Source: the human T2T-CHM13v2.0 reference genome, Homo sapiens
NCBI RefSeq assembly: GCF_009914755.1
Contig: NC_060928.1
Length of the DNA: 64,000 bases
Direction: 5' to 3' (one strand)
The notes under the pieces were generated by a model, which worked only from the letters and a program-made list of their open reading frames with translations, did no database searches and was not told where the DNA came from. Shown here piece by piece: positions 1-13,842 of the stretch; the first letter of the stretch is position 1, and every line of letters starts with the position of its first letter. Position numbers and translations under genes: made by a program.

Positions 1-1194
1 GTGTGTGTATGTGTGTGTTTATGTTAAGGAGGTTTGGTACATAACCCTGTAAAAATAGAACCACCTTTCTTACACAATTTATTTGATTCATGATGTGATT
101 TGTTCTAGTGTTTAATTCCAAACCTGGCTAAGCCACAGATCTTTAAATTGCACATACAGGAATGTGCTTTGTATTATAATTATTTGAGGAAAAATCTGGG
201 AGTATGCTGCATGGAGAAGATGAACATGATCTACAGAAATTTTCTAAAGCCAGGAGTCAAATTGCAGAATCTGATCCACAGTGGGAGATTTAATATGAAG
301 ATCAATGATTAATGACCTGCATTTTTATTTATAATATCACATGGTTTTATATTTCATAAACAATTACAAGAAAAGTACATATAATTAAATCTTAATTTGC
401 TAATTTAAATTGTATAAAAACAGGGAATATATACAACTAAATTTGTGGGTATTCCTTGTATTATTGATCAGTATCTGCCATATGAAAGGGAAGAAACAAA
501 AATGTTTTGAGTCTGCATTTTGGGTGATTTATCTCTCAATACAGTTAATGTATCCTTTCCTTTAGAATGAAGTAATTAATTGAGATACTTTAAGTGATTA
601 ATATTTAGTGTTTTTTTCTTTTAACTCGTAGGATAATCAGTTTTGTTTATATTTCTATCGTGTATTAGAATTACTAACCAGTTGGAATTGATTTGTATAG
701 CTAGACTTGACTTAACCAGGGAAATGGAATATCTGTAGTGGCTGAAATGCGAAGTTTCTAGACTGTTTGAGTGATACATTGTGGTGGTAGCAATGACTAG
801 TAAACCAGTTGTTACAGCTTCTTCAAGTCATTGTTTTGCCTATTTCCAATCTTTTAATCTCTCTGAAAGTTGGATATGTGATAGGTGAAAATTCCAAGAC
901 ACTGTTCTGTTGACCTTATGTCCAAGCAAACAAACAAACAAACAAAAAACAAATGTAGAGGTTTCATTAGAGACTGAACTGCAGGAAATCACATCATGTT
1001 TTTATCAGCACTCTTTTTATTTGCTTAGGTGAATTGCTTCTTTGTATCACCCTCGGATCTATTCCTATGCAAGCAAGGTATTTATGCAGGAGCTCCTTCC
1101 TGGTAAAGCCATTCCTATACCCCTCTTATGATCACAGCTGCCCATTGACTCTTGGCTCCCATCCAGTCCTCCCAGTCCTCTGACTTTTCTTCTT

Positions 1195-1350
1195 ACTACC
1201 CATGTGACCAGTCACTTTTCTCTAGGCTTCAGTTTCTTCATCTGTAAATGGGGATGACGCCCTACCTCAGTGGGTGGTTGTAAGAATTGAATAGACAATT
1301 TAGTGTGGTGCCTGGCACAGAGTAAGTGCCCAATAAACAGTGGCTTTTCT
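1195..1350 (+). mobile_element. MIR SINE fragment
   Basis: MIR core 'cttcagtttcttcatctgtaaatgggga' and 3' 'gtgcctggcacagagtaagtgcccaataaa'. Confidence 0.8.
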
Positions 1351-4300
1351 CACTGGTGGCTGTTACTGTTATCTGCTGATGCAAACACCTCTCCATAGTA
1401 AGCTGCTTATTCCCTGATTCCTGGGACTAGATTTTATTCACATTCCCACACTGCACATCTTGGGCTCTTGGATTAAATGCTTACTAAATCAATACATGAA
1501 TAACATAAAAATGTGATCCCTACCTTCAAGGAGACCAGACTCTGGTTCTGAAATAATCACAGCAGAAGGCAGAAACTACATCACCATAGGGAGATGTAGT
1601 TAAACTAAAAGGTTTAGAGGAGAAAGATATTAATAGGCAGGTTTAAGGCAGGTACTTAGTAGGCACTTTGTTCAGCGTAGTGTTTTTGATGTTGGTAGCC
1701 AAAGGTTTTGGGATGCTGAAAATTTTTGGACATGTTCTATTTCTACTGTGAATTTTACACCCTTCAATTTTAATGACAACTTGTTCTTTTAACTGCACAT
1801 GTGACAGGGATGGACAGAGTGCTCCCTTTTAGCCCACGCAGGTGGAATTAAATCTGAGGGCTTCTGTTAAAAGCATGCAGTTTCTTTTTATACTTTTGCA
1901 ACCATTTACTAAATATGTTTTCATTTCTTCTGGTTTGCTATTAGACTGAATATATATGATAATTTCATATGCCTTGTAGTTAGTGTGCGTAGATAATTCA
2001 AACATTTTTGCTTTTTTAAGACTTCCATTATATAGTTATTCTACTTAATGACTTTGAAAAGATTCTTTCTCCAGAGAGAGAGAGCCAAACTGGAATTAAT
2101 TATTTTTTAATCACTTTTTTGGGATAGCATGTTCTGCTTTGTGGTTCTCCCCCCAATCACAGAAGCTAGATTTATGAGAGAAATCACAGGGGGCTCTGTT
2201 CAGGCAGTTACTTGTTTGATTCCCCCAGAGGCGTTGGCTCTTTGATCTTCTACTGGTGTAGCTCCTCTGATCTTTTATTCTGTAAGGTATTTGTGTCTCT
2301 GCATGATGGATGTTACACTGACCCAAGTAAATGGAAGAAAATTTTCTCTAGCCTTTAAATGTATTGCTTTCCTTGTTCTTTCAAAAAACATACTTTTCTT
2401 GGGTAAGAACATTTTAGAGGCATCTGGCATCAAATCAACAGAATTGTGGCCTTTAATGGAATTTGAGGCACTGTGAAGTGGTTTGATTGGTAAGAATCCA
2501 TTTTTGTTTCTTTCTCCTTGACTATGCCCCCACTTACACAATAACAAAAACAACTCTCCTCCTCCTCTTATTTTTTGAAACAAGAGTATCTGATTTCATT
2601 GAATTCTGTACTTTTTTATTTTACTTTTTTGAAATAAGAAAGTTCTTAAAAGGTTTTTATTGTCACTTTTATTTTCTTCCTTGAAGGGGAGGAAAAACTC
2701 TCAACTGTGTACAGAGCAAATTAAATTATGAGAAAAATAACCTATGGAGTTAAACAAGATGAACTGAGGTTTTGGAACAAATCTAAGAATTGCCTTGATG
2801 TTGTAGGTAGTTTAACCCATGATTCAGAGATATATTAGTCACTTTGATAGACTGTTGATTTGACTAATTACCCTGAAGGCTGGCTGGCTGACTGAATTGC
2901 TCAAGTCAGCTAGTAATTTTGATCAAATCAACGAGTAATTATGGTTTTGTGCAAGCAACAAATATAGAATACTGATTATGTTAGACTAAAGAAGATGTCA
3001 TTGTGATATAATCATATAAAATATTTAATTCAAGCACCATAGCATCCCTTTTATTTTTTTCTTACTCTAAGGTTTACATTCTCAGAACAAATAATAGAAA
3101 AGGTTGTGGCAGCTTTTTGGAGAGAATAATTTTATTCTCTCAGTAAACAATGTATAAATGTGAACGATTCTCTAGTGCTAAGGTATATACTCTCATATTT
3201 TAAGTGTACTTTAATTATAATATGCGTATTTTTGGGAGCCTTCAGAACTAAACATGGTCAGATTTTTAAAGCTGAAAGTTCTCTAGAAAGGAGCAACTTA
3301 CATGGGAGAGCTGGAAGTTACTGCTGCTAATTTCCTTACCAGTTCATTATATAGTTATTGATATTAGTATGATCAGGTCTACCTAAAATCCAAATGCTTG
3401 TATTTGTTTGGTTTCTATTCTATCATCATCCTTTCCCTCACTTTTGAAAATTCTTTCTGCAGAGGATGATGTTTATTATTGAATTCTAATTAGCAGTGTT
3501 TGTGTGCTATATTTGTGGGTTTTCAAAACATTTTAGAAACACAGACATGTTTACTTAATGGAAAAATCTGTCTTTAATTTTACTTGAGTTGTCTCTTGGA
3601 TGGCTTACCTGTATTACATTCCTTTTCTATGAAAGCAGGAAATATAATTTACTTGGAACTCCGTGCAGATTTCAGTGTATAATTAGTAACGTTTGTGAAG
3701 CCCCTCCAGGGTAGTTATTCTGAAGAGAGCTCCAGTTTTGTATAGTCATTTCATTCATTGTATATGTTCTTGGCATTATCTGCCCCCTTAAAACCAGAGA
3801 TTGAAAGGGAGAGATGGAGAGAGGGAAGACAATCATTTACAAGGTTAAGATAATTTTGAGTTTATTCTTCAGGAATTATAGATGTATACCTACTGTTTCC
3901 ACCAGCCGCTCTCATAGTGTGGGTATCTCACTGTGCTGAAAGTAGTTCTTGCATTTGAAGACATATATTATTTTTTGTACATCCTGACCCCAAGTGCCTA
4001 CTGCTTTGTTGGATATTCAGCTGTTTTGTCCAACTTAATGAGAAAAAAAAAATGTGTTGGTTTCCAACAAATGCCTCGCTAAGGGATGTTAGCTGGTAAT
4101 TTTTGGTATTTTCATGTTTTGCCTTATTCAGTAACATCAGAATCTAGTCCCCATATATTGCAATTTCACTCTAATAGTATTGGGTCAGATAATCAATTTT
4201 TGGTAATTACCTAATGCATAGAATGGAAGTGAATTATTGTGAATATATGTGTTAATAACATATAAAATAATTTTTACATAAAAGGAACTATCTAGGTTCC

Positions 4301-5355
4301 TGTTTTGCTTCCATACTCTCTTCACAACTCCTTTGATTTTAGAAGTCAATTAACTCCAAAGTGCAGGATGCTTTCAAGGGGGAAGTAGGAACCTTGTCTA
4401 TTCTTGCTCATTGTTTTCTACCTGAAGCACCAACTCTAGGGAGAAATAGCGCCAAATGCAAAATCTATCTGAAGCAAAACTTAATTTAGAATAGTCTTTG
4501 ATTTTTCTTTTCTTGCTTTTGCTTTCTCTTTTTTCCCCCTGTGCAAAAGACATTGATACACACATGCTAATTTAGTGGAGAAGACTTTTAATTAAAGAAG
4601 CATAGATAGCCTGAAACCATTCAAGTCTATGCCAGTCACTCTAGAGGAAAGTGTAGATGAATTGAAGCAGAATATGGGAGAGTTGTGATCTACCCACTTG
4701 CTTCTGGAGGCTTTTGGATAAATTAATGCATTCCTCCCCATAGAGACAGCTTCTCTGCTTGGAGGGGTGGCGGCCATCCAGTCAATAAGCCATCTTTGCT
4801 GTGGCAGAGAAGTTGCTCAGTATAAGTTGTTTCAGCTTTTACTTTTATTTCTTGGAAGTACAGCATGGTAAGCCTAAATTCTGGACCTCCAAGCAGAAAT
4901 TAGATCCTCCTTTACCCTTTGCTAATTGAAGGTGACACGAGGCTTTTTCTATTGTAGGGTCTCTGAAAAGGCAACAACTATTGATTATTATTTACATCTG
5001 TATGCTGAGCTAGACTTACACGTGTATGTGCGTGTGCTACAGTGTATGTTGTTCTATATATAAGGGAGAGACATTGAGAATGTATTCTTTGTTGAGTGAG
5101 ATACAGTACTGCTTTATTCAGGGGTAAACAATCTTGTCAGAATTTCACAAAATGATGCTTGGGACAAAATGAAAGCTTCAAAGCAGTTAGATCTGCCATT
5201 AATGAGTGCAATATTTTAAAGAGGAAGTCTAAGAAACTTATTTACAGGTGCATAATAATATTTAGTTTTCAGAATAAATCTTAGTTGGAGAGAATAGGTT
5301 TTGTACGAGTAGAAAAACAATCTCATAAGAAAAGCCAATTTTAGAGTTGTGGTGT

Positions 5356-5673
5356 AGCCAGGTGCAGTGGCACATACCTGTAATCCAAGCACCTTGGGAG
5401 GCTGAGGCGGGCAGATCACTAGAGCTTAGGAGTTCGAGACCAGCTTGGCCAACATAGTGAAACCGTGTCTCTACTAAAAATACAAAAATTAGCCAGGCGT
5501 GGTGGTGCACGCCTGTATTCCCAGCTACTCGGAGGCTGAGGCATGAGAATCGCTTGAACCCAGGAGGCAGGGGTTGCAGTGAACCGAGATGCGTCACTGT
5601 ACTCCAGCCTGATAACAGAGCAACATCCTGTCTCAAACAAAACAAAACAAAACAAAACAAACAAACAGAAAAA
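5356..5673 (+). mobile_element. Alu (S/J type), full length, (AAAAC)n tail
   Basis: Dimeric Alu with central 'tactaaaaatacaaaaatt' linker and A-rich tail. Confidence 0.95.
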
Positions 5674-6409
5674 GTGTTGCAGTGAATAGTGCTCAAACTG
5701 CTTAAGTGAAGTTATGGTAAGCTGAGTGCAGGAAGCTTTTCTGGATATGAGAAATCTTCGTAGTGAGCTACATTTACTTTGACCGATTTCGTTGTTCCTT
5801 AAAAAGAGGTCCTAGAAAAAATTGTTGAGAACCATTGAGGCTCCCTGAAAGGGTTTTGGGGAACCCTAGGGTCCCTCAGACCACATTTGGGGAACCACTG
5901 ATCTAGACTGACAAAAACTTTGGCAAAAGATTAATTTTACAAATTCCTAGAGCTAGTCACTTAGACTGAAGGTAAATTGCATAAATTTAATTCACTGAGT
6001 ATTGTGCAACAATAATATTAAGACAACCACTTAAAAAGTGCTTCTGAAAATAAGACTACCACTCTTCTGTGAATTATTTACATTTTCCTGATATGTTATT
6101 TTTGTATATATTTATTCCATTGGAAGTTAACAACTCTTCTAGGTACAGATGCAGTTGGTTTTCCTTTATATGTTTTCTGTTAAATATCTTTCAGACATTT
6201 GGTAGTCATTATGATGGAGTCAAATAGCATATTGTATTAAGCTACTCTTTTATCCCTACTCATACCCATCAGGCTATACTCATCGTGCAGGTACTTTCCT
6301 TTCATATTGAGACTCAGAAGAGACTTCAAATATGTTGTCATTGCTATACTTATGGTAGACATAGCAAGTCCTTTTCCTTTTATTTAAGTTGTTCTTTTGC
6401 TTTTATTTT

Positions 6410-6830
6410 GTTAAATAAAAAATGTTTTTGCTAAGTAGTACATAAATATGGTACAAAGTTCAAAAAGTCAAAGAAGGTACAGTTTGAAAAGTGAGTCTTC
6501 TTTCTTCAGCTGTCCCCCAGCCCCCACTGCCCTGTGCTGACTCAGCCACCTTAAGAGTTCTTGTGTATCTTCTTAGAAATCTTCTATGCATCTACAATCA
6601 TATGGGCTAATACATTGCTTTTCTTCTTACACAAATCGTGGCATACTATACTTGCTGTTCTGTATATATTTTGGCAGCCTTATCCTATCAGTACATTAAG
6701 AGCTGTATCTTTTTTATAATTGTAACATAGTATTCCATTACATAGAAGTGCTGTCGTTTATATAACCAAACCAGTATTGATGGATATGTAGGGTCTTTTC
6801 AATCATTTACCATTTAAACAATGCTGCAAG
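6410..6830 (-). mobile_element. Old L1M 3' fragment
   Basis: 'tagtattccatt...ttgatggatatgtagg...aaacaatgctgca' resembles an antisense L1M 3' region; heavily diverged. Confidence 0.55.
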
Positions 6831-9800
6831 GTACTAGTGTAATTAGTAGCTATAGATAGAGAGTTATTGGTGGCTAAGAGAATGTGTCTGACTCTGACTT
6901 GATAGTCTGAGTCAGACTCCATGATATCTGTGTGACTTTCATGAGATGAGTTCTTTTTACTTCTGCTCTGTTCATAGCAGAACTTTTTGTTATCACAGAA
7001 GTCACAAAATTCCACAACTACATCTTCAGTAATACCATGAGAATGTGAACTGGCTATTAGCCTGTTTTGGGACTCGATTCTCAATGGTTTTACCATGAAT
7101 GCATCTTTAAAGTGGGTTTTAAACTTTATTGAAGCGGGGCACCTCATGGACCCTTTATAGAATTGGCTGAAAACTACAGCCACCTCTCTTCAGAAAAATA
7201 TGCCCACAGTTTATGAGATTCATGGATGTATATGGAATTTTATTGTTATTTCACTAATTACACTTAGTACTTTTATATCATGTAGATAAAGAACCTTTTT
7301 GAAAGATTGGTTTTTACGTTTCAAAAGGTAAGCATCACATCATCTGGATAACACTACAGGTTGCAAAGCTGCACATGTTCACATGAAGGGATTTAAAGCA
7401 CTGGGTGGGGAACTAATTCTGATTGACAAAACTGTAGATACAGGTATTAGACTAAACAACATCACTTGCCAAAGGTACCTACTCTTCCAGAGAACATGAC
7501 CAAGACAAAAACTTACATTTCTGTTTTTTTTCCAGGAACATTTTTTGAATATAACTTTATGAAGTGAGAGGGTTCTTCTTAGAAAGATTCAGAGCATCTA
7601 CTTCAAGTCTCGCCTTTCAAGTTCTACCCTATAGAACTTGTCAGATCATTTTTTTCTGCGTTTACCTTAGTCAACTTTTAGGGTTTTGTGGCAAGAATCT
7701 TAAACAAGTTGTTTCTTAATAGCTTTCAACAAAATAGTGATGTGAAAGGATGGTGTATACTATCAAGAGTACAGTGATCAGTTGGGTTGGTGGGGAGACT
7801 TTCCCCAAGAATGGTCCAATTTTTAGGTTTCAACAAATCACCCTATGTGTATAAGAAACTTTTCTGTTCAATCGCCAAGGAGCTGATATCTCAATACTTG
7901 CTATAAATTTCAAAATACATAATTTTTACATTCTAAATCCTTGCCTATAGGGATTTAGTTTCTTCTTTAAATTTTTTTTAATTTTAAGCTTTATCGAGGT
8001 ATAATTGATCTACTTAGTTTCCTAAATAGCTTTAAAATTAAGTCCAAAAACAAATTTCAGATAGGAATTTGAATATTTTAATTTTTCTTTTCACATTTAT
8101 TCTGCTCATCAGTCAGTTGCATGGCACTTGGGTATGACATAGTTGGTAGCCTGTTCTTGTGAAATTAAGGTGTAAAACGAGGTAGGATTGTTTCGTGGGA
8201 TTATTAAGTTTTAGGTATCTTGTTACTGTTTTGAAGCATGTATTTTCCAAAGCTGGAAACCATTTGGAATGTGTGTATTGACCGAATTTTCTTTGTGCAC
8301 ATTTTGTGTGTTAACTGGTGACCTAGAAGTTGGTGGAATGAAATAAGATTCTGATTTACTGAAATGATGGACGTTTTACAGTGAATGAGCTGGAGTTAAA
8401 CTATGGCAAATTGAGGGAGGCTTAAGCACAAGGTCCAGAAGAATAGGGGGCTATTAGATGCTTGCTTTATTTTTCGCAGTCCAGCATTGCCCTGTGATAT
8501 TGTGGTGAGAGAGAAAAGAGAACTGGGCCAGAAGATTAGAGCACAGGGAGGATTTAGGTTTAATAGGATTTTATGAGGCTCTAAGAAGAGGTTGTCTGAG
8601 GTAATTTGACCCAAAATGAAACACCCTCCTCAATACTGCTATTAGTTATAATTGAGGGCACAAGGTTCACCTCTCTTAAGGTGTTCCCAATATTTGATGA
8701 GTCTTCATCCTTAGATGGAATTTTACATGATAAGCACATTTACAGTAATAGACTTTTTATATATTTTTTATGTATTTAGTAGCAGCCAATTCAGGGCATT
8801 CCAAAGTACATTCTCAAACAATGAATTTTTCTATTGGCAGTTGCTCAGGAAATAAACAAAAAAAACCTCAATCATGGAATTATATTTACTGTGGCTGATT
8901 CCTGTGCTGTACGTTCCTTAAGTCAAATATGCCTTAGTAGTAAAAAGAATCCCATCTGCAACTAGATTTCTTATAAAGATTTTTGTACAAAGGCCATCAT
9001 CCTTCTTTAATGATTATCTGATTACCCCTCTCCAATTGGTATAACAGTTGTGATAAAGTACATAAAATAATGACTCAAGCTGTAAGAGACCTAAGAAATC
9101 CTACTTTAGTTGTAACTGCTTACTTAAGTGACATTCCAAAAGAAGAGTCCCATTTTTCACTCAAGGTTTCACAGCTGGTTAGAGCTAGAACTAGAGTTTT
9201 GGGTCCCTGCCTCCTAGCTCAAAGCTCAGGTTCCCAGGTTGGGACTTTAAATTTTTAGACTTTCAGGCTTGGACTGAGCCAACAACTCTTAGCCATTACC
9301 CTTTGTTCCCTACTTTAAATCTACCTATATTCTCTAGCCATTTCCACAAACCAACCAGAGTAATATCAGGAGGGATGAAGAAGGAGGGGTAGGAAGGGAG
9401 CCAGCTGTGCTTCCCATCAAGTATAAGGTAGTGGTTTTGGTTTGGAAACTCACTGTGAAAGACTTGGCTTTGCCTCCCTTTTATCTCTAGCACTCTCCTG
9501 CCTGTGTTCTTGATCTCACCTTTCTTCTGCTCCTTTTGCTCCATCAAAAATCTTTTTCTTGTATCTTCAAATTATCCATGTTCATTGGTTCATTCCCATT
9601 AGGCCTGCCAATATAATCACTTTTCCTTCAATAAAAATGTTCCTCTGGCTCCGTCTCCCCTTAAGGTGGCCATTCCATTTCTTTCCCTTAAGAATTTTTA
9701 AAAATAGTTCATCATTAGAGAGTATTTATTTAAACAGATAAAAGAATTGAAGGATTGTATGAGATAATATTTAAATGCCAAGATGTTTATAATTTAAGTT

Positions 9801-10809
9801 TAGTCTGATAGTGAGAAAGGGATATATCAAAATATAGTTATTGAAAGTTCAGGAGGAAATGCGATTTTGACATATTTTTAGCTTTTCTAATTATTGTAGC
9901 TGTCCAAATAGTCTGAAGTTGGGTAAGATGTCTATCTGGGAATGAAGTTTTTACACTGGAAAAAGTGAAGAAATTTTTACATTGGAAAAGAGGTGTGATT
10001 TAGATGGCTAGAATCTGAGCTTTTATGATTATATGATATATTTTATAATTCTGTAAGGTGGAAGCATATGTTTTGCTTTTTGCATCGTCAAATAAATATA
10101 TTTTTGAAAAACAGCAAATAAAAATAGATATAATTATTTGGCCAGTTATCCCTGTCTCTAACAATATTTAATATAATTTTTCTTTCCTTATTGATGGAAA
10201 GTATTTTTATATATAATATTAATGAGATATAAATATGGCCACTCAATAATGTCTATAGTCAGTTCTGTCTTTGCAGTGTAGAATTTATGCTGAAATATCA
10301 AGCTATTGTATATATATTTTGACAGCTCATCTCTTTCTTGCCCATTACCACAACCAAAAAACTCAACCACACCACACACCTACATGCACCCACTGTTGCA
10401 GAGTTCTTTGAGTGTTTTTTTTGTGTTGGTGGTTTTTTTGAAGAAAGATAAAAAAAAAATCACTCCTTGGCATCTAAATGGTTTGTAGAGCTCTCTCTCA
10501 GGCATGAAATTTGAGTCAATGTGCATGTGTGTCTTTACGGGAAGAACAGACTGGATGTGTGCCAAAAGTGGCAAGGTTTACTTGAAACATTTTTGACATC
10601 ACGTACCTTAGACTGAAGAGTGCAGAGGGAAAGAAAGGAGAAACGTCTGATGATGCCATATTCATGACAGACTCATATTTTAGTGACTGCAGCTGCTTTA
10701 CCTACTTACAGCTTTTGCCTCCATTCTGTCCTCTGTTCTTCTCTTGGGAGTTTTAGCATTGGACTGGGAATATAGAGATTTATATTCTATTTCTATCAAA
10801 ACTAACTTG

Positions 10810-11130
10810 TGCTGGGCATGGTGGCTCATGCCTGTAATCCTAGCCCTTTAGGAAGCCAAAACGGGAGGATTGCTTGAGCTCAGGAGTTCGAGACCAGCCT
10901 GGGCAACATAGGGAGACCCTGTCTGTACAAAAAATAAAAAAAAAATTGGACAGGTGTGGTGGCACATGCCTGTAGTCCCAGCTAGTCGGGAGGCTGAGGC
11001 GGGAGGATTGCTTGTGCCCAGGAGTTCAAGGCTGCAGTGAGCTATGATGGCTTCTGCACTCCAGCCTGGTGACGGATTGAGACCCTGTCTCTAATAAAAC
11101 AACAACAACAACCAACAAACAACAACAACA
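10810..11130 (+). mobile_element. AluJ, full length, (AAC)n tail
   Basis: J-type diagnostics 'gaggattgcttgagc', 'ctgggcaacatagggagaccc', 'gagttcaaggctgcagtgagctatgat'. Confidence 0.93.
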
Positions 11131-12829
11131 GCAAACTAGTAAGCTCATGACATTGGCTATTTATCCTGTCTATACTGCATTCTCACCGTTTCTGAGAAGA
11201 TTGCATGTAAATTCCTTCTGAAAACTAACTTGAAGGATCTTAGCATATCTTTCTGTTTTTGATTTAGAAGCAATTGGCATGATGTATGTTCCTTTCATAC
11301 CTTTGAAGAAGAATCTTTGAATTCTGGAGCTGGAAAGACCTGAGTCTTGTAGCTTTTCGATCTCTGGGATAACACAAAACTTTGATTTTCTTCGTTATGA
11401 TCATTATGTAACCTAAATGAAAGGCCTTGACATTTTCACAGAAATGTAGTGTGTAGAATAACAAGGAAGTTGATTCAGAATCTTGTTTTATCTCTTATCA
11501 TTTAAAACAAGGCTGTAAATGTAAATGTTTATAAGGGCTAGTGAGGTAACCTGAATGAGGTGAAGGTTCTGGCAGTAAGATCACAGGGAGTGGCAGGGAC
11601 TGTGGGGACGGGAGAATGCGTACCCTGCAAATGTGGGATAGCCACTCTTGATGTTTGAAACACCAGATGGACCCAATAGTAGCAAAGGACTATGGTTGCC
11701 ACTGGACAGTGTCCACTGAAAACAAGTTTGTAGTATTTGGAATTTTAGTTTGGGGAATTCAATTTTCATAATAAAATACAGCTGTAGAAGAAACACACAG
11801 GCAGTTTTCCTGGAGTATGTGATTTGTGTACTTCTTCTAACAGGTCGTCCTTTCTATATACCTTAACCCTCCTCCATTCTTTTTCAAAAATGTTTCTTTC
11901 CTCAGTACTATGCTTGCAAGTGTTCTGTTCTTATGTCCCAAAAATTCTTTCTAAGACCTTTTCATGTCGAATGGTTGCCCTCCTACTAACAGAAGTGCTT
12001 GTTTTAAATACTCCTAAACTATTTTCCAGTGTCTAATTCTACTCCCCACAAGGAACTTAACCCCTGAGTCTCCTCTGAAGCCCACTTTCTCCCATCTTAC
12101 TGTTTGTAGGGAGGAATAGCCGATCGGTGTTCTCCTTGTAATACCCTTCCTATTACTGTGTTGATAATGGCTACCCCCTGTTTTCTTTTGACATTACAAG
12201 TCTACAAACTTTTATTATGGCTTTTGTTTTCCAGGGTTCTGGTAGTTGTAATTACTTTTTTTCTGAACTCTTCCCAATCTGTACACGAAAAAAAATAATA
12301 TTTTGAATTATACCCAGTCCTTTTATGGGCTGATCAAACTAGTGAGACAATACCACTGCCTTACTGCTTTCGTCAGTGCCACACAAATGGATCATATTCA
12401 CCGTACACTCTATGACCTCAATTTCTTTTTTCCCCTACTTGCTGTCTGGTAGTCAGGATTTCTTTGTATTTTTTCCATGTTTCATTTTTCATTTGTAAGT
12501 GTGCTACCTTGCACTCACACCTAATAAACACTATCTTGTTTTTGATGGATCATTTCTATCTCTGATTTGTCAAGGTTACTTGGAATTCCATTATTTTTCA
12601 GAAAAGCTAGAAACTTTAACCTAGTTTATAGCCACAAAATGATTGAGAATCCTTTCAATTCTGACAGCCATTGATTTAAAAAAATATTCAATCAAATTAG
12701 ACCCAGGAATCTGGGTGCTGTTTTATAACACCTCCCCCAAGTTGCATCAAGCCGTTTATTTCTCTTGCTGTTAACTCATGGTTTTCCTGTTACTGAGTGT
12801 TTTTAAACTCTGCAAACACTGGTATCATA

Positions 12830-12909
12830 ATAGTTTGGTGCAAAAATAATTGCGGTTTTTGCCCTTGAAAGTAATGGCAAAAACCGCAATTACTTTTGCA
12901 CCAACCTAA
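12830..12909. mobile_element. MADE1 (Hsmar1 mariner MITE), 80-bp palindrome
   Basis: Two ~37-bp inverted arms (ttggtgcaaaaataattgcggtttttgcc / ggcaaaaaccgcaattacttttgcaccaa) around a short spacer, flanked by TA dinucleotides at 12828-29 and 12910-11. Confidence 0.95.
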
Positions 12910-13239
12910 TAGTTTCTTACTTGATTCTAGGAACTAGACTTGAGCTTGAGTGCTTTAGAATAGTAATTTTGGGGGGTTGTGGCTGGTTGTAGTGGAGAGA
13001 AGAAACCCAATAATTGTTTCATTTACTCATGTATCTTAGCTAGCATTATTATTTTGTATTTTTAGTAGCAAAGTAGGAGAAAACAGGAGAGCCTTTAGAT
13101 TGAGTATAATATCTGTTTTGTAGATTTTTTTCTGTGTTGGACTTTGAGAATGTCTAAGCTTTGATTTAAATTTAATAGTCAGTTTCCTATTTAATTTATG
13201 AACATAATAAAATTCATTTTTTTATTATTGCCATTACAG

Positions 13240-13361
13240 GTTTTGGAAGGTGACAATGAAATGTGAAGAAGTTACATTTCTCAAACTTGAAAGTTAGTGA
13301 CGGCTTACCAAATTTTAATGAAAATTAAATATGACTTAGAAGCATTGATTTATGAAGGCTT
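13240..13361 (+). other. FHIP1A: 5' UTR portion of the start-codon exon of FHIP1A (internal exon)
   Basis: T-rich tract and acceptor 'ttttattattgccattacag|G' ending at 13239; 122 nt to the ATG at 13362. No promoter or CpG island in the window, so earlier non-coding exons are inferred to lie upstream. Confidence 0.85.
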
Positions 13362-13466
13362 ATGATGTCATCGGTTTCGACAGAAAGCAAACTCCAGCAG
13401 GCTGTGAGCCTACAGGGAGTTGACCCAGAAACATGCATGATTGTATTTAAAAACCACTGGGCACAG
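13362..13466 (+). CDS. FHIP1A: FHIP1A/FAM160A1 first coding segment, aa 1-35 (MMSSVSTESKLQQAVSLQGVDPETCMIVFKNHWAQ)
   Basis: 105 nt from ATG to donor CAG|GTAATG; ends in the FHIP-family 'FKNHWAQ' motif and joins in frame to VVKILEK of the next exon. Confidence 0.95.
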
Positions 13467-13842
13467 GTAATGTATGAATTCCACTTTTTTTGCTGGTCTC
13501 AGTAACCCCAGGGGCCTCCATCACACTGAATCAGGGTTTTCTACCTCTGTGATAGGTAACTAGATTGCTAGAAACACAGGGAGGGAAACTCTTTCAGATA
13601 GGAAGAAAAGTAACTTTTTCTTCTTGCTTTCCTAGAATAGGTATCTGGTCAAAAACCATGGTTTTCACAAAAGCAATTAGGGTACATGCATGTTACTTGG
13701 ATATTTTTAGAAGAACAGCAGTTGTTCTTTAAAGTGACTTTTATATCGCTTTGCAATATACTTGACCATAATTATATCCTCTCTCTCTCTCTTCCCTGCT
13801 GATTTCCTTCCAGTTCTTAAGCTCTAATAATACTAAAATACA

